From the IMG/VR virus record IMGVR_UViG_3300021961_000087: a stretch of DNA of 64,000 nucleotides. One strand, given 5' to 3'. How positions within the stretch are numbered: position 1 is the stretch's first letter; every line of letters starts with the position of its first letter. Positions 10,101 to 19,361 of this stretch are shown in pieces. Source of the DNA: an uncultured virus (IMG/VR IMGVR_UViG_3300021961_000087). Its lineage: Duplodnaviria > Heunggongvirae > Uroviricota > Caudoviricetes > Crassvirales. The translations under genes and the position numbers were made by a program. The notes beneath the pieces were generated by a model. That model ran no database searches. It had not been told where the DNA came from and saw only the letters and a program-made list of their open reading frames with translations.

Positions 10101-13100
10101 GATGCAGTGTTAGAACATCCTCCTCCTACAAAAGAACAGTTACCTGATGATGAATTGGACCTACCATTACCAACGAATGAATTACATCCACTTGCAGTGT
10201 TATTCATACCACCAACAACAGAAGCTCCATAAGAACTTGCAGTGTTAGAATATCCACCTAATATACTTGCAAAATAGTTTGCACTTACTGTATTTGTTTC
10301 ACCACCACCAATTACTTTGGAGTGACCTGCATTTGTTACATTATTTGCTCTACCACCGCCTATAAAAGAACATGGGCTTGATACATTATTTGATAAACCA
10401 CCTGTAATTGCGGAATATACTCCTGAAGCTGTATTTGTTCTACCGCCTGCTACTGTGGCATAAACTGTATTAGCAGTATTACCTCTACCACCACCTATAA
10501 AGGTATAAGTGCCTGAAGCTGTGTTTAATAATCCACCTACCACAGCTCCGTATGTGTTAGTTGAACAGTTAAGATAGCCTCCAAGAACAGCACCATAAAC
10601 AGAAGTAACACAGTTTGATTCACCACCACCTACAGTGCCATAACTTCCTGAAACAGTTATATATTTACCTCCTCCAACAAATGAATAATTACCCCCTGCT
10701 CTATTCTGAAATCCACCACCTATAGTTGAAAGATATCCTGTATTCACTTTGGTTGGAGCAACAGTAAACCCTGTGCCTGTCCAAGTGCCACCTGTTGTAT
10801 TGTTACCAACACCACCACCAACTGTAGCACCTAAGTTACAAATGTCATTAACTGAATGGAATATTGTATTGCAGTAACCACCACTTAATGTTGTGTATCT
10901 ACCTGAAGATGTATTCAAAGCACCACCTGTAACTGTTGCATAAACTGCACAAGCTACGTTTGCATATCCATTCCCTATAAAAGTATAGTTAGCTGTAGCT
11001 CCATTGTTTAGACCTCCAACAACTACAGAAGATACTCCTGATGCTGTGTTACCTTTACTACCACCTACAAATGAGCAAGCTCCTGATGCTACATTGGAGT
11101 CACCCCCTGCTACCGTAGCTCTTTGCCCTGAAGCTGAGTTGCTTATCCCTCCCCCAACTGCTGTCCAATAACTTGAAGATGTATTATTCCTACCACCACT
11201 TATTGTTGCTGAATAACCTGATGCAGTATTTGTACAACCTCCTGAAACCACAGAATATTCCCCTGATGCAGTATTTGCCCTACCACCACCTACTGATGAC
11301 ATAGAAGCTGAAGCTATATTTACAAAACCACCTAATATAGATGAATAACTTCCTGTTGCACGACCACACTCACCCCCTGCTACTACAGTACGATTGTTAC
11401 ATGATAAGTTATTATATCCTCCACCAATTGTACTCCAAGTACCTGAAGATGTATTCCCTTGACCACCTCCAATAAAAGAACAAGCTCCTGAAGCTGTGTT
11501 GTCCTGTCCTCCACCTATTGAGCTTCTATAACCTGATGCTGTGTTCACTTGTCCCCCTGCTACTGTTGCTCCTGCACCTAATGCTCTATTACAAAATCCA
11601 CCACCTACTGTTGAACGATAAAGACTTGCTGTGTTACATCCACCTCCTGCAACAGTTGCACAAGTATCTCCTGCTGTATTTGCAAATCCACCACCAACTG
11701 TTGCATGACCTCCAACAGCTGCGTTAGACGAACCACCACCAACTCTTGAGCAAGCTGCTGATGCAGTGTTAGCTTGACCTCCTCCTATAGATGACCTATA
11801 TCCTGAAGCTGTATTTGCACCACCACCTGAAACTGTAGCAACTGTTCCTGATGCAGTGTTGCTTTGACCTCCTGATATTGTTGAGTAGTTTCCTGAGGCT
11901 GAGTTTGTTCTACCACCTCCAACAAAAGCCATGTAAGCTGCTGTATTTTGATAACCACTTACTATACCTGCATAGTTGTTACTAATGGTGCTATTATACC
12001 CCCCACCAATAAATGAGTATGGGAATCCTGCTGAGTTTTGACCTCCTCCAAATATAGCTGAAAGTGTGCCTGTAGCACTATTAGTTGTACCTCCGCCAAC
12101 TGCGGAACGGTCACCTGATGCTGTGTTAGAAACACCACCAACTACAACAGAACAATTTCCTGAAGATGTATTATATCTACCACTTCCTATGAAAGAGTTA
12201 CAACCACTCGCCCCATTATTCATACCTCCAACTATAGTACCTCCGTATGCACTTACACTGTTGTTAACTCCACCTAATATACTTGCGTAGTAGTTTGCAC
12301 TTACTGTGTTTGCTTCACCACCACCAATTACTTTGGAATGACCTCCTGAACAAACTATATTTACTCTACCTCCTCCAATGAATGAGCAAGCTCCTGCTGC
12401 TGAGTTACTTTGGCCGCCTGCTATTGTTGACCTGTTACCTGAAGATACATTTCCATCTCCACCTCCTACAAAAGAACAAGCACCTGAAGATACGTTAGTT
12501 AAACCACCACTCACAGTTGCTCTTGCTCCTGAAGCTGTATTTTGTTGACCACCACCAACTGTTGACATATAGCCACTAGCTGTATGGAAATAACCACCGC
12601 TTACTGTAGAGCAGTTACCTAAAGCTGTGTTACATCTGCCACCACCTACTGTTGATGAGTATCCTGAAGCTGTATTTATATTACCACCTGATACTGTTGC
12701 AAAAGGTTTAGATGCTGCATTAGAAGCACCACCTCCTATAAATGCATAACTATTTGTTGTACTATTGCTTTGACCTCCTACAACTGCTGAACGATATCCA
12801 CTTGCACTGTTAGAAATACCTCCTCCAACAAATGAAATTTGCCCTGAAGCAGTGTTTGAATAACCACCACTGACTGTTGACCAAGAATTATTTGCAGTAT
12901 TACCTTGTCCACCTAATGCAGCAGAGCAATTACCGGATGCTATATTTGTTACCCCACATCTTACTGATGAGCAAGTTCCACCTCCAAGAACAATAATAGC
13001 TTCACCTGAATAAGGTGCTGTATTGGTGATACAGAAAGTACCTGATGTGGTAATTGGAGAGCCACTTATGCTTATTCCACTACCACCATTTGCGGCAACA

Positions 13101-16100
13101 CAAGTGACTGTACCAACGCAAGATGTTTTATTATTAAATGTATTCCAATCAGTACTACTTAAAAATCCATTGCAAGATGTGCCTGCTTGTGTAATGCTAA
13201 TAGCACCTGTGCCACTATTGTAAACAATTGGAGCACTTCCACTTAATGAACTTAATGTAATATAGTTAGCACCATTGGTAATTTGATTATTGTTAGTTGG
13301 TATAGTGATAACACCCGTAGTGCTATTGTAAGCACCACTACCTGCTGCAAATGATAAAGCAGCACGTGCTCTACTATTTAAGAAATATTGATTTGTAGTT
13401 CCTTCAGGAATGTTGTCAGTAGTCAAACTAACTGCCCCTGTAAATCCGTTTACACTTACTACAGCATCGGTATTATCTACTTGCTGCCAAGCAGTGCCAT
13501 CAAATATTGCCCAATCACCAATATTCCAATCTGTGATTCCATCAAGATTTGTGCTACCTGCTACTGATACGATATAGTAATAACCTCTTGTACCAACACC
13601 ACTTGTTAATGTTGGTGTATTAGTAGATGCGTTCCAAGTACCTTGGTAGATTGTACTACCAATAAGTCCATTAATTTGATTCTGTACTTTACCAAATGCA
13701 GTAAGAATACTATCAGTAGCACTGATACTTCCTCCGGTAATATTAACTCCCGTAAGGATTTTTCCTGTTACTGCTGCATTATTTAAAGTAACCGATGCAG
13801 CACCCGGACCACTCGCTGTCGCCTCACCTGTAAGTGAAGTAATGTAGTTTCCGGCTGCTTGTTTATTATTGAAAGTAGTCCAATCAGTTGAACTTAAATA
13901 TCCATCCTGACTGCCACTTGCTTGTTGAATTGTAATATTTGGAGTAGAACCACCGCTTGATGATAATGGACTACTTGCTGTTACGCCACCAACTTTTGTA
14001 TTGAATGTTGACCAATCAGCAGCACTTAACGCACCACGATTAGCAGCACTCGCTGTAGGAACGTTTAACGTGATAACCGGAGTAGTCGTTCCATTAGCTA
14101 CACTTGAACTCAAATCAGTACCACTTGTACCCAATGTCAATGCAGCTACTGAAGTAACTGTGCCAACGCTCCAACTTCTATCAGCACTCAAGTCATACTG
14201 AGTACCATTGATAGAAAGTAATCTTGATGTAGGCACATAACTACCTGCCGGCTGCTTATTATTGAACGTGTTCCAATCTGTAGAAGAAAGGTATCCATCT
14301 GTAGAAGCACCCGCTTGTGTAATACTAAGTGTTCTGTTTGCACTCAAGTCACCTCCTCCTTGTAAAGGAGCAGTAGTTGAAATAAGTGTTGCCGCATTAG
14401 CCGGTGTGTATCCTAATATGCCCCCAATGGTATTTAATTGGTATCTGCTATTCGTGGAGTTCCAATAGATACTTTGATTATTGGTAGGACTTGGAGCATA
14501 TACGTTATGCAATTCCCCGAGTTCGTAACCCGTATCAATTGCCATATAAATCTTACCATTGTTAGCGTGAGCGTAAGTCACGTAACCAACAATAACAGCG
14601 TGATTAGGAGCAACAGGTCTTACATTTGTAAGTTGACCCGCAACTGTACTTGATAAATAAAGAATATCTCCATCTACCCAAGTTTCACCTTGCAAACTAC
14701 CTGTGGTGTTAATGTTTTTAACCTCACCAAATGCAGTAACAAAACCTTCTTGGTTAGCATTGATGGTTTCAGTAACTAACCCTAATACTTCTGTACTATT
14801 ATTCTCATTATTTCCTTGAGCCAATACAACAGCAAGACGCTGTCCTTGTGCTCCACCTTCTGCAACTTTTCTTACTCTTACAACTTGATAGTTGGCTTCA
14901 AGTAAATCAATTCCTGATTTATTTACAACTCTTGTAACGTTCTCCTGTCCAATTTGAAGTGTAACATTATTACCCATCAAACGCAAGTCCATTGTTCCAT
15001 CAGTAGAGTTCCACTGCATACGCCCAACCTGTAAAGCACCTGTAGGTGTTAAGTCAGCTTGGAAGTATCCTGCAGAAATACCGTACTCTCCTAAGTCAAC
15101 ATTTTGAGTTGCTCCTGTGTAAGGTACAAATCCTGTTAATCCCGGAAATGTTTGTAACGCTCCTGTTCCATCAATGTACTGAAGCGTTGTACCCGCACCC
15201 GTGATAGCGATTGTGCCATTAGAAATCAATGGGCTATTTGCCACACTAAATGCTGCCGGCATACTCACGCCAACTGAAGTAAGACCTGTGTCTAAATCAG
15301 TCCAAGACGCCTGAATAGTATTACCATCTTGCTCATTAAGAGTTAATGTCTTTGTTGTTGTACCTGTAACTGAAGCACTTACAATACTTCTATTGTATGC
15401 TGTATTCCAATTGCTTGAATTGTCAGTAATATATGTGATGGTTCCGGCTGTAGATTTAACTAAGCCGGTTCCGCCTAAATAATTTTGTTTGCTATTGAAA
15501 GTAGACCAATCAGTCGCACTTAAGTATCCATCCACTAATGATGTTGCTTGAGGAATACTAAATGCACCTGTAAGATTATTATAAACTAAAGGACTACTTG
15601 CACTAAGAGAACCAAGTGTAATATAGTTTGCTCCATTTAATATCTGATTGTTATTTGTAGGTATAGTGATAACACCTGTTAAGCTGTTATATGCTCCACT
15701 GCCTGCAGCAAAACTAAGAGCACCTCTTGCTCTACTATCTAAATAGTAAAGATTAGTAGCACCCTCAGGAATATTGTCAGTCGTTAGACTTACTGCTCCC
15801 GTCTGCCCATTTACTGAAGTAACAGACTCAGTATTGTCCACCTTCTGCCAAGTACCACCACTAAAAATAGCCCAATCCCCAACTTTCCAATCGGTGATGC
15901 CATTCAAGTCTGTGCTACCCGCAACGTTTACGATATAGTAATGTCCTTGTGTTCCTACGCTACTTGTTAAAGTAGGAGTATTTGTAGCTGCGTTCCATAC
16001 ACCTTGGTATTGAACACCACCCATTAGTCCATTGATTTGGCTTTGAACCTTACCAAAAGCTGTTAAGATGCTATCGCTTGCGCTAATTGAACCACCTGTT

Positions 16101-16957
16101 ACGTTAAGACCTGTTAGAACCTTGGCAATAACTGAGGCATTATTAAGTGTGATAGGAACTGAGCCCGGTCCTGTTGCCGTAGCTTCGCCTGTAAGAGCAG
16201 TAATATATGCTCCTGCGTTTTGCTTACCATCAAATGTAACCCAATCAGACGCAGTTAAGTAACCACCTTGCGTGCTATTTGCTACCTGAATACTAAATGT
16301 ATTTGTCCCTGAATTAAATAACAAAGGTGACGTAGCACTATATACCGGAAGGTTTGTCCATTGAACACCTGTTACAGTGCTTTCTAAAACCTGTCCTGCT
16401 GTACCCGGAGACTCATTGTAATCTACAACAACACCTTGAATAGATAACTGAGTTGCAATATTTGCAGTATCTGCTGCAATATTTATGGCTTCTAAGTCAG
16501 CATCTAAGATTATGTCAAGGTCTGCAGTGTTACCTTCCTCTAATACTTGTTGTAAGTTTGGAGTAAAGATGGGAGGTAAAGTGAACCACTCTACCCCATC
16601 ACCTGTACTTGTAAGAACCTGACCTGCCGTACCAATGGAATCAGCAGAATCAAATAAGCTACCTACTATGTGAGTCTCCTCATTCAAGTAAGTTATAAAT
16701 AAGTTTGCGGTATCAGTTACTTCAAGATTAGTAGTGGTTATGGTTCCAAACAAGTTAATGTCTTGCGTGGCTGTATTTCCATAATCCAAAACACCCTGCA
16801 AGTTATTTGCAGGGATTACGGGAAGAAACACATCTAACAATTCCTGTAAAGTAAAGTTATACGTTACATCTTCTATCTCACCACCAACACTTGTTCCGAT
16901 TAATTTATCGGACAACTTAGGCACCGGGGCGACCTCGTATGTACTAATCTTTGACAT
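7115..16957 (-). CDS. Giant tail fibre / receptor-binding protein with C-terminal peptidase S74 intramolecular chaperone
   Basis: 3280 aa; long 15-aa GG-N repeat array; C-terminal 'SDCRRK...LRPVSY...GFIAQEV' followed by a coiled coil. Confidence 0.9.
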   Translation of the reverse strand: MSKISTYEVAPVPKLSDKLIGTSVGGEIEDVTYNFTLQELLDVFLPVIPANNLQGVLDYGNTATQDINLFGTITTTNLEVTDTANLFITYLNEETHIVGSLFDSADSIGTAGQVLTSTGDGVEWFTLPPIFTPNLQQVLEEGNTADLDIILDADLEAINIAADTANIATQLSIQGVVVDYNESPGTAGQVLESTVTGVQWTNLPVYSATSPLLFNSGTNTFSIQVANSTQGGYLTASDWVTFDGKQNAGAYITALTGEATATGPGSVPITLNNASVIAKVLTGLNVTGGSISASDSILTAFGKVQSQINGLMGGVQYQGVWNAATNTPTLTSSVGTQGHYYIVNVAGSTDLNGITDWKVGDWAIFSGGTWQKVDNTESVTSVNGQTGAVSLTTDNIPEGATNLYYLDSRARGALSFAAGSGAYNSLTGVITIPTNNNQILNGANYITLGSLSASSPLVYNNLTGAFSIPQATSLVDGYLSATDWSTFNSKQNYLGGTGLVKSTAGTITYITDNSSNWNTAYNRSIVSASVTGTTTKTLTLNEQDGNTIQASWTDLDTGLTSVGVSMPAAFSVANSPLISNGTIAITGAGTTLQYIDGTGALQTFPGLTGFVPYTGATQNVDLGEYGISAGYFQADLTPTGALQVGRMQWNSTDGTMDLRLMGNNVTLQIGQENVTRVVNKSGIDLLEANYQVVRVRKVAEGGAQGQRLAVVLAQGNNENNSTEVLGLVTETINANQEGFVTAFGEVKNINTTGSLQGETWVDGDILYLSSTVAGQLTNVRPVAPNHAVIVGYVTYAHANNGKIYMAIDTGYELGELHNVYAPSPTNNQSIYWNSTNSRYQLNTIGGILGYTPANAATLISTTAPLQGGGDLSANRTLSITQAGASTDGYLSSTDWNTFNNKQPAGSYVPTSRLLSINGTQYDLSADRSWSVGTVTSVAALTLGTSGTDLSSSVANGTTTPVITLNVPTASAANRGALSAADWSTFNTKVGGVTASSPLSSSGGSTPNITIQQASGSQDGYLSSTDWTTFNNKQAAGNYITSLTGEATASGPGAASVTLNNAAVTGKILTGVNITGGSISATDSILTAFGKVQNQINGLIGSTIYQGTWNASTNTPTLTSGVGTRGYYYIVSVAGSTNLDGITDWNIGDWAIFDGTAWQQVDNTDAVVSVNGFTGAVSLTTDNIPEGTTNQYFLNSRARAALSFAAGSGAYNSTTGVITIPTNNNQITNGANYITLSSLSGSAPIVYNSGTGAISITQAGTSCNGFLSSTDWNTFNNKTSCVGTVTCVAANGGSGISISGSPITTSGTFCITNTAPYSGEAIIVLGGGTCSSVRCGVTNIASGNCSAALGGQGNTANNSWSTVSGGYSNTASGQISFVGGGISNSASGYRSAVVGGQSNSTTNSYAFIGGGASNAASKPFATVSGGNINTASGYSSTVGGGRCNTALGNCSTVSGGYFHTASGYMSTVGGGQQNTASGARATVSGGLTNVSSGACSFVGGGDGNVSSGNRSTIAGGQSNSAAGACSFIGGGRVNIVCSGGHSKVIGGGEANTVSANYYASILGGVNNSVSAYGGTIVGGMNNGASGCNSFIGSGRYNTSSGNCSVVVGGVSNTASGDRSAVGGGTTNSATGTLSAIFGGGQNSAGFPYSFIGGGYNSTISNNYAGIVSGYQNTAAYMAFVGGGRTNSASGNYSTISGGQSNTASGTVATVSGGGANTASGYRSSIGGGQANTASAACSRVGGGSSNAAVGGHATVGGGFANTAGDTCATVAGGGCNTASLYRSTVGGGFCNRALGAGATVAGGQVNTASGYRSSIGGGQDNTASGACSFIGGGQGNTSSGTWSTIGGGYNNLSCNNRTVVAGGECGRATGSYSSILGGFVNIASASMSSVGGGRANTASGEYSVVSGGCTNTASGYSATISGGRNNTSSSYWTAVGGGISNSASGQRATVAGGDSNVASGACSFVGGSKGNTASGVSSVVVGGLNNGATANYTFIGNGYANVACAVYATVTGGALNTSSGRYTTLSGGYCNTIFHSVNDICNLGATVGGGVGNNTTGGTWTGTGFTVAPTKVNTGYLSTIGGGFQNRAGGNYSFVGGGKYITVSGSYGTVGGGESNCVTSVYGAVLGGYLNCSTNTYGAVVGGLLNTASGTYTFIGGGRGNTANTVYATVAGGRTNTASGVYSAITGGLSNNVSSPCSFIGGGRANNVTNAGHSKVIGGGETNTVSANYFASILGGYSNTASSYGASVVGGMNNTASGCNSFVGNGRSNSSSGNCSFVGGGCSNTASGARAAVVGGNNNNVSSNFSTISGGGYSTISKDYSFIGAGYSNTVSGNYSTISGGYQNMICSVSAAFGSGFSTIGGGSSNYICVATACGVTIAGGVGGNTTGGTWNGQRFNVAPTVCTAGAFSFIGGGFQNRATGQNSTVSGGYKNAASGNTAIVAGGSSNTASGNYFSTVGGGAQNVSSSFASTIGGGCGNTSSANSSTVAGGCANIASGNMSTVAGGRANTASGYRSSVGGGGGNTASAYASTIGGGYANAATLDHSTISGGGGNVACACRSTVGGGWSNSAAGTASTISGGISNIASGTCSTGGGGQGNISSGSWSTIGGGSSNTANSTFSTVAGGQGNLASGIRSYVGGGQNNTASHNYSAVGAGYGNYIAGNSYASTISGGYNNYIFASNGTIGGGICNWMCCPTSANCSSGATIAGGVGNNTSGGTWVANGYFSVAPTTFYAAGQLSTIGGGFQNRATGACSFVGGGAFNVANCTISTIAGGNQNATSNSYTFIGGGAANSASGYMSVIVGGITNISSGSYAFIGAGSNNRSLGLQSTVSGGYSNAANNNYSTISGGYDNTASGGVSSITGGFRNSASGNCSFVGGGETNTASGTYAVVAGGKSNLSLGLCSFLGGGYLNCSNAVVTTVSGGYNNRATVIAGTVGGGYANSVTAVSALVAGGQSNSASGQRSAIGGGYINTVSATYATIAGGYINTASGNSSFVGGGYNNVASTTYATIVGGEGNRACTSNYTFVGGGCTNSATGFASTVGGGRANSSTNDYSFIGGGYGNSSSSYASTISGGQSNGATGVRATVSGGYGNTASGNRGTVSGGQFNIASGAFSFVGGGDCNTANSCYSSVLAGFCNSTNSAINAHMIGSCIPAVANNYTFVNNLCQWGGGISDCRRKNTIQDTGFGLSDIVKLRPVSYCWNGDSSCHKKYGFIAQEVQQAMACVVETNPIARVDENGMEVIVGEGGSPILQFEKDAIYASYVNAFKEINERLLKLENKS
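7540..12960 (-). repeat. Coding tandem 15-aa (45-nt) repeat array, consensus ~ASGxxSxVGGGxxNT, roughly 120 units
   Basis: e.g. ASGQISFVGGGISNS / ASGYRSAVVGGQSNS; copy number estimated from length; boundaries approximate. Confidence 0.9.
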
Positions 16958-16970
16958 CCGCTAAGAAATT

Positions 16971-17237
16971 TTAATGAACAATCTTCAGATTGTCCCCTGT
17001 TCTATAAAGTTTACCTGCTGTTAATCCACCTGCTAAAGCTGCAGCATTATCTGCATATACAGGCACATTAGCTATTACGATGGCTGTAGCACTAAAGTTT
17101 GCCTCAAACAATGCCAACAACAATGCCGGAGTAAAGTTATAGGTTGCATCGGGAGGCGAATTACCAACTCTTGTACCTACAAGTTTATCATTTAACTGAG
17201 GTGTAGAATTTTCAGGATACGAATTAATTTTTCCCAT
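16971..17237 (-). CDS. Small virion protein with N-terminus paralogous to the tail fibre N-terminus
   Basis: MGKINSY..PQLNDKLVGT..TYNFT versus MSKISTY..PKLSDKLIGT..TYNFT. Confidence 0.7.
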   Translation of the reverse strand: MGKINSYPENSTPQLNDKLVGTRVGNSPPDATYNFTPALLLALFEANFSATAIVIANVPVYADNAAALAGGLTAGKLYRTGDNLKIVH

Positions 17238-17475
17238 CTTCTTTTTGTTTTACTTCCCCTGTCTGCATATTGATTACAGAGTTGGGACCATATTTTTCAA
17301 TAAGAACTTTTTCATTGTTAGCAAAAGCCTCTCTGATTTTCTCAGCTTGAAAAAGTAATCCTTGCTTTTGTAACTCAAGTTCTCCAAGATTAATCTTAAT
17401 CTTAGTGTACTCTGCTGAGCCTGTCTTAATAAATTCTAATTCTTCTGCTGTTAAGTTTACTGTTTCGTTTGTCAT
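17224..17475 (-). CDS. Hypothetical coiled-coil protein
   Basis: 83 aa; upstream AAATCAAAT leader and TAnnTTTG box. Confidence 0.7.
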   Translation of the reverse strand: MTNETVNLTAEELEFIKTGSAEYTKIKINLGELELQKQGLLFQAEKIREAFANNEKVLIEKYGPNSVINMQTGEVKQKEDGKN

Positions 17476-17498
17476 TTGATTTGATTTTTTAATTTATA

Positions 17499-17506
17499 CA
17501 AATATA
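17499..17506 (-). promoter_or_regulatory. Bacteroidota -7 promoter box (TATATTTG) for the tail fibre/modification operon
   Basis: Matches TAnnTTTG in an intergenic gap. Confidence 0.6.
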
Positions 17507-17520
17507 GTAAATAAAAATTA

Positions 17521-17976
17521 TCATTTTGGTAAGTACTTCCTCGCAATCCACAAGGCTATCAACACTAAAATCAACCATAAAAAACCAATGTAGTTCGCTT
17601 TCTTATCAACCTTCTTGTCAAACACCTTAGCTTTTACGTCTCTTTTAACCGAAACCGTTTTCTCAATAGACTTAGACACAGTAGATTTTGAAGAATCTAC
17701 TACGTGTCTGCGTGTTTTTTTGACCTTAATTTTAGCGTTATAATACTTTTTATCGCCTATGATAATGGGCTTAGCCGTATCAAGAGGTACTATCTCAACC
17801 TCATCGGTATCCTCTTTAATAGAAATAGCGTTCTGTTGTACAGAGACGCTATCCTTCTTTTCGACAGCCGTGCTGTCTATTTTTGTTTCTACTTGAGTTT
17901 TAGTTACTGCTACTTTCCTTGATGCACAAGAAAGTATTAGAAAGCTAAGTAATATTAATGTAAGATGTTTTGCCAT
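17521..17976 (-). CDS. Lipoprotein with C-terminal TM helix; candidate unimolecular spanin
   Basis: Signal with lipobox 'ILSC', beta-rich middle, C-terminal 'YIGFLWLILVLIALWIARK'; follows the endolysin. Confidence 0.7.
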   Translation of the reverse strand: MAKHLTLILLSFLILSCASRKVAVTKTQVETKIDSTAVEKKDSVSVQQNAISIKEDTDEVEIVPLDTAKPIIIGDKKYYNAKIKVKKTRRHVVDSSKSTVSKSIEKTVSVKRDVKAKVFDKKVDKKANYIGFLWLILVLIALWIARKYLPK

Positions 17977-18409
17977 TTGATTTGACTGCTTTTAAAATTT
18001 GACCCCTGTTTTTACCATTAGTATAAGATACGTGTACCCAATCAGGGTTAGAATCAGAGCCAAACTCCCAAATCAATTGGTCAAATTCTACATTGTCTTT
18101 GATATAGTCAAAGACCATCTTATTGGTTACCCCATTTGGGCTACCGTCCATATCAATGTCAACCGCCTGACCTTTGCAGTGCTGAGAAGTTGCTGACCCA
18201 CCGATTGCTTTGTTAAGTGCCGCAGACCTGTATCCACTTGAAATATGAATTGGACATCTGAAATTATTGCGAATAGGCTCAAATACATTCTCTGCCAATA
18301 ATTTAAAGTTGGCAATATGCTCTTCTGTAGGCATATTACTAATGCCATTACGCTTAGCTGATTCGCTTCTGATTAACTCAGACAAATCTAAATGCTCGCT
18401 AATTTTCAT
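17945..18409 (-). CDS. Endolysin, peptidase M15 family
   Basis: 'SSGYRS', 'SQH..GQAVD', 'WVHVS' Zn-binding motifs. Confidence 0.85.
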   Translation of the reverse strand: MKISEHLDLSELIRSESAKRNGISNMPTEEHIANFKLLAENVFEPIRNNFRCPIHISSGYRSAALNKAIGGSATSQHCKGQAVDIDMDGSPNGVTNKMVFDYIKDNVEFDQLIWEFGSDSNPDWVHVSYTNGKNRGQILKAVKSNGKTSYINIT

Positions 18410-18704
18410 TTTTAGTATTTTTTGTTCCGAAATAATAACTAAATATCATCAATATCAAGGTCTTTATAAGGTCAAACAGCTCCTTATTAATCTCATCAGC
18501 CAATAACTTTACTCTAAAAGCTACGACTTTATCTACAATAAAAAGAGACACTAAAGAAGTAAACACTAAAATAATAAACCTTACAAGAACATCCTTGGTG
18601 TCATTGACAAACATCTTGTTTACAAAATACACCCCCGATATAATAATGGTAAGACCCATTACTATACCTGTTATCATCACCCATATATTGTGGTAACTAA
18701 ACAT
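18399..18704 (-). CDS. Membrane protein, putative holin
   Basis: Three hydrophobic segments, ends 'YYFGT' plus charged tail; upstream of the endolysin. Confidence 0.55.
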   Translation of the reverse strand: MFSYHNIWVMITGIVMGLTIIISGVYFVNKMFVNDTKDVLVRFIILVFTSLVSLFIVDKVVAFRVKLLADEINKELFDLIKTLILMIFSYYFGTKNTKNEN

Positions 18705-18912
18705 TCTTCTTAAATATCTTTTCTGCTGTTGTTAATCCAAGGCACCCAAATGCCAAACTTGCTACAGACCAAACCAATGGTTCGCTTGGAGAATTTTCTA
18801 ATGAACTAAAAGAGTTATGGTACATTGTTACGCATAATGCTACTACGCATAAAAGACCACAAAGTCTCTTCATTGATAAATGACCATTTTCTTCACAAAA
18901 GAATTGTTTCAT
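18697..18912 (-). CDS. Two-TM membrane protein, putative holin/antiholin
   Basis: 'SMKRL' plus two TM segments; in the lysis cassette. Confidence 0.55.
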   Translation of the reverse strand: MKQFFCEENGHLSMKRLCGLLCVVALCVTMYHNSFSSLENSPSEPLVWSVASLAFGCLGLTTAEKIFKKNV

Positions 18913-18929
18913 ATTATATTGATTTACTT

Positions 18930-19061
18930 TTATCGTCCCTGACCTCTGTACGCTTTCTTATAAAGTTTACTTGCTTTATTTGTACTTGTTTTATTTTTTG
19001 CAGCTACGCCTCTTTTCTTAGGCTTTCTAATATAAGAACTTGTATTTGTTGCCTTTGCCAT
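18930..19061 (-). CDS. Small basic protein (43 aa, ends KKAYRGQGR)
   Basis: Manually translated MAKATNTSSYIRKPKKRGVAAKNKTSTNKASKLYKKAYRGQGR; fills the gap and overlaps the upstream stop. Confidence 0.65.
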   Translation of the reverse strand: MAKATNTSSYIRKPKKRGVAAKNKTSTNKASKLYKKAYRGQGR

Positions 19062-19354
19062 TATTTTCTAAGTATAAATTCAGTAATAACTTTTAATGCT
19101 CCTAACCCAACCAAAGTAACCAATGCATAGAAGTAAGCCTTGTATTTTTTCAACTCAGCTTTCAACTCGTATACTTCTTTTTTAACTTCTTTAAAATTTC
19201 CAATAAGTCCACTTGAATCTTTGTCAATTGGATTACCGGCTAATAAAGTATATACGTCCTTTAACATAGCCTTCATTTCAGAAACCTCTGTCTTGATGGA
19301 CTCTAATTCTTCTGCCATAATATCAAGTCTGCTATTATCTTGGTTACTCATCAT
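19061..19354 (-). CDS. Coiled-coil protein with C-terminal TM
   Basis: Start taken at MMSNQ; heptad pattern; TM 'FYALVTLVGLGAL'. Confidence 0.65.
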   Translation of the reverse strand: MMSNQDNSRLDIMAEELESIKTEVSEMKAMLKDVYTLLAGNPIDKDSSGLIGNFKEVKKEVYELKAELKKYKAYFYALVTLVGLGALKVITEFILRK

Positions 19355-19361
19355 AATTAAA

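Noticed and set aside
7540..12960. Periodic 45-nt DNA repeats resembling a CRISPR array or DGR
   Set aside because: They are degenerate in-frame coding repeats with no constant repeat/unique spacer pattern, and no cas or reverse transcriptase gene was seen
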